Positions 18,595-26,638 of a stretch of 64,000 nt of DNA are shown here, one piece after another. The position numbers and the translations under genes were made by a program. The first letter of the stretch is position 1. Each line of letters starts with the position of its first letter. Source of the DNA: an uncultured Gemmatimonadales bacterium (GTDB lineage: Bacteria > Gemmatimonadota > Gemmatimonadetes > Gemmatimonadales > Gemmatimonadaceae); the NCBI GenBank assembly GCA_963701965.1, contig OY969695.1, positions 3,424,001 through 3,488,000 on the forward strand, in the 5' to 3' direction. Under the pieces are notes generated by a model, which was given only the letters and a program-made list of their open reading frames with translations, searched no databases and was not told the origin of the DNA.

Positions 18595-19542
18595 TTACGG
18601 CGCGAGCACGACCGCGGTCAGTACCCACGTCTTGCGGTCGGTCGACGGTTGGTCGTAATAAAACCCATAGACTTTGTGGGTCTTGGGGTCGACCGCGACT
18701 GACCGCGCGCCGCCGCCGGTCTTGATGGTGTCCACCACGGAGTACTTGTCCGGCGCGTCCTCGTGGACGATCACCAGAGTCGAGTCGGTGCGGTTGGCGT
18801 TGAACGCGAGCTGGGTGGTCGCGTCGAACGCGTCCTCATCGGCGTGGCCGTTGACCGGAATACGGCTGACGACCGCGCCGTTGTCGGCGTTCACGACGAC
18901 CAGCTCCTTGTCGCAACCCAGGAAGAGGCGGCGGTGGGCGGCGTCGAGCGAGAGCCCCTGGGCCGCTTTGCAATTGGGAATCGGATAGCGGGCCACGACG
19001 TCGAGCGAGCGGGCGTCGACCTTGGTGACGATCGACGAATCCTCCCGGTTGATGAACAGCATCCCGTGGCCGTCAGCGACGCCGGATTCCAGCTTGTTGC
19101 CAAAATGTTTGCGGGCGACGATCGCGCCCGCGCGCATATCGACGACGGTCACGGTGTCGTCGAGCATGAAAGCGCGGTGGGTGCCGGCATCGTACAGGCT
19201 CGCGTCCCCGGCTCCGGCGACGTGGCCCGTCACCTTGGCCGTCGACAGGTCGAACCGCGTCCCGTTGCGCGCCAGTCCGGCGCCCACATCGGCGGCCAGC
19301 GCGTAACCGCCCGCTGCCTTGCCGGGGATCGAGTCGACGACTTTGTCCCGGTCGATGTCCACGATCGTGTTCCCGAGGCCGTACAGCCGGCGGTGCTCGG
19401 CGTCGATCGCGATGAAGTCCGCGGTGTTGCCGGCGCTCTGCGGGCCGATCACGATGCGGGCGACGACGTGGTAGTGGGGCGTCGCCGTTTGCGCGCCGAG
19501 CGCGCCAGCGGCGAATGACAGGGCGAGTGCGAGACGAAGCAT
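18595..19542 (-). CDS. YncE/YVTN-like beta-propeller protein (secreted)
   Basis: Signal peptide and repeated beta-blade motifs (GLSLDAAHRRLFLGC, GARSVAVDPKTHKVY). Confidence 0.75.
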   Translation of the reverse strand: MLRLALALSFAAGALGAQTATPHYHVVARIVIGPQSAGNTADFIAIDAEHRRLYGLGNTIVDIDRDKVVDSIPGKAAGGYALAADVGAGLARNGTRFDLSTAKVTGHVAGAGDASLYDAGTHRAFMLDDTVTVVDMRAGAIVARKHFGNKLESGVADGHGMLFINREDSSIVTKVDARSLDVVARYPIPNCKAAQGLSLDAAHRRLFLGCDKELVVVNADNGAVVSRIPVNGHADEDAFDATTQLAFNANRTDSTLVIVHEDAPDKYSVVDTIKTGGGARSVAVDPKTHKVYGFYYDQPSTDRKTWVLTAVVLAP

Positions 19543-19650
19543 GGCGTGATCAGGTCGGAGGAACGCGCGAAGAGAGGCGATCGCCTGCGGGACGCCGCAA
19601 GTCTAGGTCGCCAACCTGTCATGCCAGTGACAAGAACCGAGGGCGCCGCC

Positions 19651-20376
19651 TCAGAGTCGCGCGTTGTCCTCGCGCGCGGTTCCCGACTTCGCGTCGTCCA
19701 TGCGATCGGGTGGTTGCTCGCGCTGTTCCATCTCGTTACGCTCGCGAGACCATCGGTCGAAGTCGTCGAGCTGCCCCGCGGGAAGGATCTCGAACGTCGT
19801 CGTACTGTCGCCCACAATGGTCGCCGTCTGCCGGAAGTCGACGGGAAATGTCGACCCGGCCGTCGCCACCTGGGCATGTCCCGCCCACGCCGTCACCCGC
19901 GTGGTATCCCCATCGGCCGAGACATCGACGCGATACTCGCCGGGTTCTTCGAGAAAGATGGCCGCGTTCGGCACATCGACTTCGTACGTTCGCGACGAGT
20001 CGATGGCCTCGATGCGCACGTCGAGCGATCCCTGGGGCAGGCGGACCAGCACCAAACTGTCGCCCAGGCTGTCGATGTCGAGCTCGGTTTCCTGGGACAT
20101 ACGGATCGCATTGTCGCCGATCTCCATCTCGACGTGCCCCACGGAATCGACCCACAGGCGATCTCCCGTCACCACGTCCCGATCGGGTTCGGGAATGGCC
20201 CACGTGTCCCCCGCCGCGGGGCGAAACGACACCGCCCCCTCGATGAGATCGAGTTGGCCCACGCGGGCGGGCGCGTCGTCACTGGGCGCCGGCGTTTCCG
20301 GCGACCCGAAACCGGCGTAGCAGGCGGAACCCCCAATGCATCCGACGAGCGCGATCACGAGCCACACACGCGACAT
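19651..20376 (-). CDS. FecR-like domain protein (N-terminal half of the FecR/DUF6600-type family)
   Basis: Signal peptide, GAVSFRPAAGDTW, GDRLWVD, DVPNAA, PGEYRVDV, DDFDRW motifs. Confidence 0.7.
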   Translation of the reverse strand: MSRVWLVIALVGCIGGSACYAGFGSPETPAPSDDAPARVGQLDLIEGAVSFRPAAGDTWAIPEPDRDVVTGDRLWVDSVGHVEMEIGDNAIRMSQETELDIDSLGDSLVLVRLPQGSLDVRIEAIDSSRTYEVDVPNAAIFLEEPGEYRVDVSADGDTTRVTAWAGHAQVATAGSTFPVDFRQTATIVGDSTTTFEILPAGQLDDFDRWSRERNEMEQREQPPDRMDDAKSGTAREDNARL

Positions 20377-20447
20377 GCGTGAATTTAACCGGTCGCGGAA
20401 CGGCCGAGTGTACGCCGTCGTCCGAATCCACTAGGTTGACGCTCACG

Positions 20448-20840
20448 ATGCGATCGTCCGACTATCTGACGGCCCAGGAAGTCGCCGAGCAATTGCACAT
20501 GCACGTCAAACGCGTGCAGTTGTTGGCGCGGCAGGGCAAGCTCCCCACCGTCCGGCACGGGCGCCGGTGGCTTTTTCCCCGCGAGCAGATCGTCTCCCGC
20601 GCGACGACGGCGGCGGCAACCCGCGGCATCGACCTCTCCGCGCGCAATCAACTCCGCGGGACCATCCGCCGGTTGCAGCGCGACGGCCTGATGGTCGAGG
20701 TGACGATCCGGCTCGCCGCACAGGACCTCGTGGCCGTCATCACCAAAGCATCGGCGCAACGTCTCGGTCTCACCGAGGGCGGCGACGCGTTGGCCGTCAT
20801 CAAGGCGACCGAAGTCATGGTGGCCCGCAACGTCCGTTAG
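20448..20840 (+). CDS. Excisionase-type HTH (HTH_17) + TOBE/molybdate-binding domain regulator
   Basis: YLTAQEVAEQL...GKLP...GRRW, followed by the Mop motif SARNQLRG...AVIKATEVMV. Confidence 0.88.
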   Translation: MRSSDYLTAQEVAEQLHMHVKRVQLLARQGKLPTVRHGRRWLFPREQIVSRATTAAATRGIDLSARNQLRGTIRRLQRDGLMVEVTIRLAAQDLVAVITKASAQRLGLTEGGDALAVIKATEVMVARNVR

Positions 20841-20873
20841 CGGTCCGGGTTGTCAGCTGATAGGCCATTACTC

Positions 20874-20906
20874 TACGTTGCCCTACGTTACCTCGCGGGT
20901 TACGTT
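20874..20906 (+). promoter_or_regulatory. Direct repeats TACGTT x3 upstream of the putative porin
   Basis: TACGTT at 20874, 20884 and 20901; the first two are one helical turn apart. Confidence 0.35.
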
Positions 20907-20914
20907 CTCCAACC

Positions 20915-21748
20915 ATGAAAACACGCCTGTGGTTGGTACTTGCGAGTCTCGCTCTGTCACATGTGGCATTGGCGCAGGACAGTTTTTGGACGACCTGGGA
21001 AAAGACGGCGTCCGCAATCCAAGCGGAGCAACCGCACTGGGCCACGCCGCTCGTCACGGTGACGCCGCGGATGGAGCAGGAGTTCCGGTTCGACTACGTG
21101 TCGCGGTTCACGCCCGCCGGACTCAACACGTCGATCTACGACAACGGCAAAGGTCTCGAGCTCATCCCTTTGCTGCCGATCGAGCTGCTGATCAACCTGC
21201 CACCGTACACGGTCCATCGAAACCCAAAAGCGCCCGACGGCTGGGGCGACTGGCCACTCCTGCTCAAGGTCCGTCTCCTCTCAGCGAACGAGCAGAAGGG
21301 CAACTATCTGCTCACGCTCTTCCTCGGCGGCACGGTGCCCACCGGCGGGCATCTCAACGGCAACGGATTCGGCCTGTTCTCACCCTCGATTGCCGGCGGC
21401 AAGGGCTTTGGCGACTTCGACGTGCAAACGACGGCGGGTTTCAATATTCCGGTGACCAGCGAGCCGAAGTTTGGGCACCCATTCCTCTACAACGTCGCGC
21501 TGCAATACCACATTCCCGAGGCCTTCCTGTGGCCGGAAGTGGAGATGAACGGCACGGCGTGGCGCGACGGGACGAATCTCGGCAACAACCAGATCTTCAT
21601 TACTCCTGGTGTCGTTCTCGGGCGGTTTCCGCTCCACGCGCTCTACAATCGCTTAGGGCTCACATTCGGCGCTGGCATTCAGATCGCCGCCACGCACTTC
21701 CATCAGTATGATCACGCGTGGACGTTCACCGCGCGCATGCCGTTTTAG
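20915..21748 (+). CDS. Putative outer-membrane channel/transporter
   Basis: Signal peptide, QPHWATPLVTVTPRMEQEFRFD, alternating beta strands, C-terminal Phe. Confidence 0.65.
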   Translation: MKTRLWLVLASLALSHVALAQDSFWTTWEKTASAIQAEQPHWATPLVTVTPRMEQEFRFDYVSRFTPAGLNTSIYDNGKGLELIPLLPIELLINLPPYTVHRNPKAPDGWGDWPLLLKVRLLSANEQKGNYLLTLFLGGTVPTGGHLNGNGFGLFSPSIAGGKGFGDFDVQTTAGFNIPVTSEPKFGHPFLYNVALQYHIPEAFLWPEVEMNGTAWRDGTNLGNNQIFITPGVVLGRFPLHALYNRLGLTFGAGIQIAATHFHQYDHAWTFTARMPF

Positions 21749-21817
21749 CACGGGGTGCTGAACTACGCACCCGTGCTAAAACTCGTCGGTTGAACTGAGC
21801 TCCGCTGCGCCGAGCTC
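21742..21817 (-). repeat. Twin-hairpin repeat, copy 3 (reverse orientation)
   Basis: Minus strand reads GAGCTCGGC-GCA-GCGGAGCTC, AGTTCAACCGAC, then GTTTTAGCACGGGTGC...GCACCCCGTGCTAAAAC. Confidence 0.8.
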
Positions 21818-21923
21818 TAGGCGCCCCATGCATAGACGGGACAAATCCTTCGATACGCTGCGTATATTTGCCCGGGCTGCTAACGCTCAGCGAACTTACA
21901 CGAGCACAGCACCGGAGAACACA

Positions 21924-23846
21924 ATGGCGACGCCATACGTACGTTTGACGGAACCCATGGTGCGGGAAGGAGATACGCTCCGTCCCGCTACTTGGGAAGA
22001 AGCCCTCGATCGGGCGGCCTCAGGCTTTCGCCGGGTGATAGACACCGCGGGGGGCGACGCGCTCGGAATCTTCTCGTGCTCCAAGGCGAGCAACGAGATG
22101 AACTTCCTGGCGCAGAAGCTCGCCCGGGTCGCATTCGGCACGCACAACGTCGATAGTTGCAACCGAACGTGACACGCTCCTAGCGTCGCCGGTCTGGCGA
22201 CAGCGTTCGGCGCGGGCGGGGGTACGAGCTCGTACCGTGAGGCGGAAGAGACCGACGTGATTTTCATGTGGGGCGCCAATGCCCGCGAAAATCACCCGAT
22301 CTTCTTCCATCACGTTCTCAAGGGCATCCGCAACGGCGCGCGGGCGTTCGCGGTGGATCCCCGCCGCACGTCGACGGCGGCCTGGGCCGATATGTGGCTG
22401 GGCATCAACGTCGGGACCGATATCGCGCTGTCCAACGCCATGGCGCGCGTGATCATCCACGCCGGCCTCGCGGACACGACGTTCATCGAGCGGGCGACGA
22501 CGGGATTCGAGCGGTACCGGGCCTCGGTCGAGTCCTACACGCTGGAATACGCCGAGCATACCACGGGCGTGCCGGGGCGGTACATCGAGGAGGCGGCCCT
22601 CGCTTACGCCCGCGCCGATCGCGCGATGATCTGCTGGACGCTGGGCATCACCGAGCACCACAACGCGGTCGATAACGTCCTTTCGTTGATCAATCTCGCC
22701 TTGCTCACGGGTCACGTCGGCCGATACGGATCCGGCCTCAATCCGCTGCGCGGGCAGAACAACGTCCAGGGCGGCGGCGACATGGGCGCGATCCCAAACC
22801 GTCTGTGCGGGTTCCAGGATATTCACGATCCCGCCGTGCGCGAGGCGTTTGGCCACCGCTGGGGCGTGACGCTCCAGCCGGAGTACGGGCGCACGATGAC
22901 GCAGATGTTCGAGGCCATGCGCGACGGACGTCAGCGCGGACTCTACGTCATCGGGGAGAATCCGGCACAGTCCGAGGCCGACCAGCACCATAGCGAGAAG
23001 CTGCTCCGCGGCCTCGACATCCTCGTGGTCCAGGATGTGCTCCTCACCCGGACCGCTCAACTGGCGGACGTCGTGTTCCCCGCATTGTCGAGTTGGTGCG
23101 AGTCCGAGGGGACGGTGACGAACAGCGAGCGCCGCGTGCAGCGCGTACGCAAAGCGTTGGAGCCGCCCGGCGATGCGCGCGATGACATGTGGATCATCTC
23201 CGAAGTCGCGCGCCGGCTGGGTGTCGACTGGGGACAGCCCACGGCCGAGGGCGTCTGGGACGAAGTCCGCGCCGTGGCGCCCGCGATGTTCGGGGGGATG
23301 TCATACGCGCGGTTGGAGGAGCATCTGGGCCTGCAGTGGCCGTGCCCGGACGAGTCGCATCCGGGATCGCAGTTCCTCCACACCCGGCTCTGGGAGGAGG
23401 ACGAGGCCAAGCGCGGGTTGGCCGCGCCGTTCAGCGTCGTCCTGCACGATCCGCCGGTGGAAATGCCGGACGCCGAGTATCCGTTTCTCTTGACCACGGG
23501 CCGGCGGCTGGACTCGTACAACACGGGTGTGCAGACGGGTGGGTACACGTCGCCACTCCGGCGTCCGGAGACGCTCGATATGTCGCCCGAGGACGCCGAG
23601 CGGTTGGATGTGGCCGAAGGCGACTGTGTCCGTGTGGCGTCCCGCCGCGGCAACGTCCTGGCCCCCGTGCACGTCGATCGGGCGCTCCGGCCCGGACTCG
23701 TGTTCATGACGTTGCATTTCCAGGACGATGTGCGGGTGAACCAACTGACGATCGACGCCACCGATCCCGTGTCCGGGACGGCCGAGTTCAAGGCCTGCGC
23801 GGTGCAGGTCACCCCCGTACGCGCGGTCCAAGTCGCGGCTGACTGA
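21924..23846 (+). CDS. fdhF: Selenocysteine-containing formate dehydrogenase catalytic (Mo/W-bisPGD) subunit, FdhF-like, lacking the N-terminal 4Fe-4S domain
   Basis: ORFs 21828..22172 and 22257..23846 share a frame. TGA at 22170-22172 reads DSCNRT-U-HAPSVAGL at the Sec/Cys-His site. PLRGQNNVQG and TAEFKACAV motifs; GGAG RBS before ATG 21924. Confidence 0.88.
22173..22205 (+). promoter_or_regulatory. Bacterial SECIS element
   Basis: GTCGCC-GGTCT-GGCGAC stem-loop starting 12 nt after the in-frame UGA; its apical GGUCU resembles the E. coli fdhF SECIS. Confidence 0.85.
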
Positions 23847-25679
23847 ATGGACCTGAAGTTGTCGGCGGCCGAAGCGACGGCCGAGGAGCGGGAGGCCGTC
23901 GACGCCGTACTGGGCGTGCCGACATCGGGATGGGACGGGGGGACGCGCATCGCGCTGCGCGACGGGCATGTAGCGGTCGCCGATCACGCGGCGCGGGATC
24001 GGCTGCTGCCGGCCCTGCAAGCCGTCCAAGGCCGGATCGGGTGGCTCAGCGAAGGGGCGCTCATGTACATCAGCGCCCGCATGGACCTGCCGCCGGCCGA
24101 GGCGTATGGTGTGGCGACGTTTTACGCGCTGCTCTCCACGACGCCGCGGCCGCGGCGCGTGCTCCACGTGTGCGACGACGTGGTGTGTCGGACGCGGGGC
24201 GCGAACGCCGTCATCGATGGGCTGGGACCGGCCTATCACGGTCCGAACGGCGATCACGTCGTCTTCGACGACGGCGAGACGATCTGGATGCGGAGTCCGT
24301 GCCTCGGCCTCTGCGACCAGGCGCCCGCGGCGTTCCTGCAAGAGGCGGGCGCCCAGCCGAGGGCCTATCTCTTCGGATCGGTGACCGCCGCCGAGGCGCG
24401 GGCGGTGCGCGATGGCGACAACACGGTCGTCACGCGGCCGCATCCCACGATCCCGCAATCCGGCGACCCGAGGCTGCGTCTCTTGGCGCGCGTGGGCGTC
24501 GTCGACCCCACAAGCCTCGATGCCTACCGGGCCGCGGGCGGCTGGGAAGCGCTGCGGCGCGCGCACGAGATCGGCCCCGATGCGGTGATCCGGGAAGTGC
24601 TGGACTCGAAGCTCATGGGCCGCGGGGGCGCCGCGTTCCCGACGGGCAAGAAGTGGGAAGCCGTCGCCAAGCAGACGGTGCAGCCCCACTACCTCATCTG
24701 CAACGCCGACGAATCGGAGCCGGGCACCTTCAAGGATCGCGTGATCATGGAGGAGGACCCGTTCGCGTTGATCGAAGCGATGGCGATCGCCGCTTTCGCG
24801 ACGGGATGCGCGCAGGGCTACATCTACTTGCGCGGCGAGTATCCGCTGGCCGCGGAGCGCCTGTCGAACGCCATTGCGCAGTCGCGCGCCCACGGCGTCC
24901 TCGGCGCGGGCTTCGACATCGAGCTGCGTTTGGGCGGCGGAGCGTACATCTGCGGCGAGGAGACGGCGGTCTTCAATTCGATCGAGGGACATCGGGGCGA
25001 GCCGCGCAACAAGCCGCCATTTCCCGTCGAATCCGGCGTCTTTCGGAAGCCGACGGTCATCAACAACGTCGAGACGTTGGCCAACATCCCGCGCATCGTG
25101 CTCGAGGGCGGTCCGGCGTTCGCGGCGATCGGGGCTGGCGGCCAGTCGACCGGCACGAAGCTCTTTTGCCTCTCGGGCGCGGTCGCCCGCCCCGGAGTCT
25201 ACGAAGTGCCTTTCGGCGCGACACTCGGCCACATGCTGGAGATGGCCGGCGTGCAGGGGAAGCTGCAAGCCATACTCCTCGGCGGCGCGGCGGGCCTCTT
25301 CGTCCGGCCGGACGAGCTGGACATGCCGCTGACGTTCGAGGGGGTCCGCGCGGCGAAGGCGACGCTCGGCTCGGGGGTGATCGTCGCGTTGGACGATACG
25401 GTCGATCTCACCGACACGCTGCTCCGCATCGCGGCCTTCTTTCGCGATGAATCGTGCGGGCAGTGCGTCCCCTGCCGCGTGGGGACGGTGCGGCAGGAAG
25501 AGGCGCTCCACCGGATCGCCAGCCGCCGCACCCGGGGCACGGTCAGCGATGAGACGGCGCTGCTCGATGAGATCGGGCAGGGAATGAAAGACGCGTCGAT
25601 CTGCGGTCTCGGCCAGACGGCATACAGCGCCGTCGAGTCGGCGATCAAGCGGCTCGGACTCTATGGGAGGACGTCGTGA
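23847..25679 (+). CDS. NuoE-NuoF-like fused diaphorase subunit of an NAD-dependent FDH
   Basis: 2Fe-2S Cys (CDDVVC...CLGLC), GRGGAAFPTG, NADESEPGTFKD, YICGEET, ESCGQCVPCR. Confidence 0.92.
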   Translation: MDLKLSAAEATAEEREAVDAVLGVPTSGWDGGTRIALRDGHVAVADHAARDRLLPALQAVQGRIGWLSEGALMYISARMDLPPAEAYGVATFYALLSTTPRPRRVLHVCDDVVCRTRGANAVIDGLGPAYHGPNGDHVVFDDGETIWMRSPCLGLCDQAPAAFLQEAGAQPRAYLFGSVTAAEARAVRDGDNTVVTRPHPTIPQSGDPRLRLLARVGVVDPTSLDAYRAAGGWEALRRAHEIGPDAVIREVLDSKLMGRGGAAFPTGKKWEAVAKQTVQPHYLICNADESEPGTFKDRVIMEEDPFALIEAMAIAAFATGCAQGYIYLRGEYPLAAERLSNAIAQSRAHGVLGAGFDIELRLGGGAYICGEETAVFNSIEGHRGEPRNKPPFPVESGVFRKPTVINNVETLANIPRIVLEGGPAFAAIGAGGQSTGTKLFCLSGAVARPGVYEVPFGATLGHMLEMAGVQGKLQAILLGGAAGLFVRPDELDMPLTFEGVRAAKATLGSGVIVALDDTVDLTDTLLRIAAFFRDESCGQCVPCRVGTVRQEEALHRIASRRTRGTVSDETALLDEIGQGMKDASICGLGQTAYSAVESAIKRLGLYGRTS

Positions 25680-26638
25680 GTACCCCGTTGGTCCCGCTGC
25701 GCTCGGCGCGGCGCACGGTCTCGCTGACCATCGACGGCGAAGCCATCACCGTGCCCGAGGGCACGACGATCTTGGACGCGTGCCTGTCGCGCGGCCAATC
25801 CCTGCCCACGCTCTGCTACCTGGAGACGCTGCACCCGGTGAACGCCTGCCGCGTGTGCGTGGTCGAGGTCGAGAACTCGCGCGTGCTGGTGCCGGCATGC
25901 TCGCGCAAGGTCGAGGCGAACATGGTCGTGCGCACCAACACGGACCGGGTGAAGCACAGCCGCAAGATGGTGCTGGAGTTCCTGGCGTCGTCCGTGGACT
26001 TGTCGACGACGCCGGACGTCGCGGGCTGGCTCGACGAGTACGACTGTCACCCCGAGCGCTACGGGCCGCCGGCTCCGCCGACCCACACGCGCGACGAGGC
26101 GCACGCGGGACACCACGAGCCACCGGACCCCGCGTACGCGGCCACCGTGCGCCAGCCCGCCAAGATCGACAACGAGCTCTACGTCCGCGACTACTCGAAG
26201 TGCATCCTCTGCTACAAGTGCGTCGAGGCGTGCGGCGTCGACTACCAGAACACGTTCGCGATCGCCGTCGCCGGCCGCGGGTTCGATGCCCGCATTTCCA
26301 CGGAAGGCGCCGTCCCGCTCCCGCAATCAGCCTGCGTCTACTGCGGGAACTGCATCGCGGTCTGCCCGACCGGCGCTCTGATGTTCACCTCGGAGCACGA
26401 CAAACGGGCCGACGGCACCTGGGACGAGAGCCGTCAGGCGCAGACGGACACGATCTGCCCCTACTGCGGCGTCGGATGCACGCTCACGCTGCACGTACAG
26501 GACAACGAGATCGTGAAGGTGACGTCGCCGTTCGACGTCTCCATCACGCGAGGCAATCTCTGCATCAAGGGCCGGTTCGGCTGGAAGTACGTCCAGAGCC
26601 GGAACGGCAACGGCCGGGGGAAGCGTAACGGGGGCTAA
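25676..26638 (+). CDS. Fe-S subunit (2Fe-2S + 2x4Fe-4S) carrying the molybdopterin-oxidoreductase 4Fe-4S domain at its C-terminus
   Basis: PTLC...ACRVCVVE...PAC, CILCYKC, CVYCGNCIAVCP, TICPYCGVGC...CIKGRFG. Confidence 0.9.
   Translation: MSTPLVPLRSARRTVSLTIDGEAITVPEGTTILDACLSRGQSLPTLCYLETLHPVNACRVCVVEVENSRVLVPACSRKVEANMVVRTNTDRVKHSRKMVLEFLASSVDLSTTPDVAGWLDEYDCHPERYGPPAPPTHTRDEAHAGHHEPPDPAYAATVRQPAKIDNELYVRDYSKCILCYKCVEACGVDYQNTFAIAVAGRGFDARISTEGAVPLPQSACVYCGNCIAVCPTGALMFTSEHDKRADGTWDESRQAQTDTICPYCGVGCTLTLHVQDNEIVKVTSPFDVSITRGNLCIKGRFGWKYVQSRNGNGRGKRNGG

Noticed and set aside
20448..20840. Prophage or ICE excisionase
   Set aside because: The HTH is fused to a TOBE domain and no integrase or att site is nearby.
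4652..21817. Twin-hairpin repeats as CRISPR repeats, tRNA fragments or a known ribozyme
   Set aside because: They are dispersed with no spacers, do not form a cloverleaf, and lack hammerhead or HDV core motifs as far as I can see.
21820..21923. Moco/Wco riboswitch upstream of FDH
   Set aside because: Only weak hairpins, and I cannot see the conserved motif; an Rfam scan would settle it.
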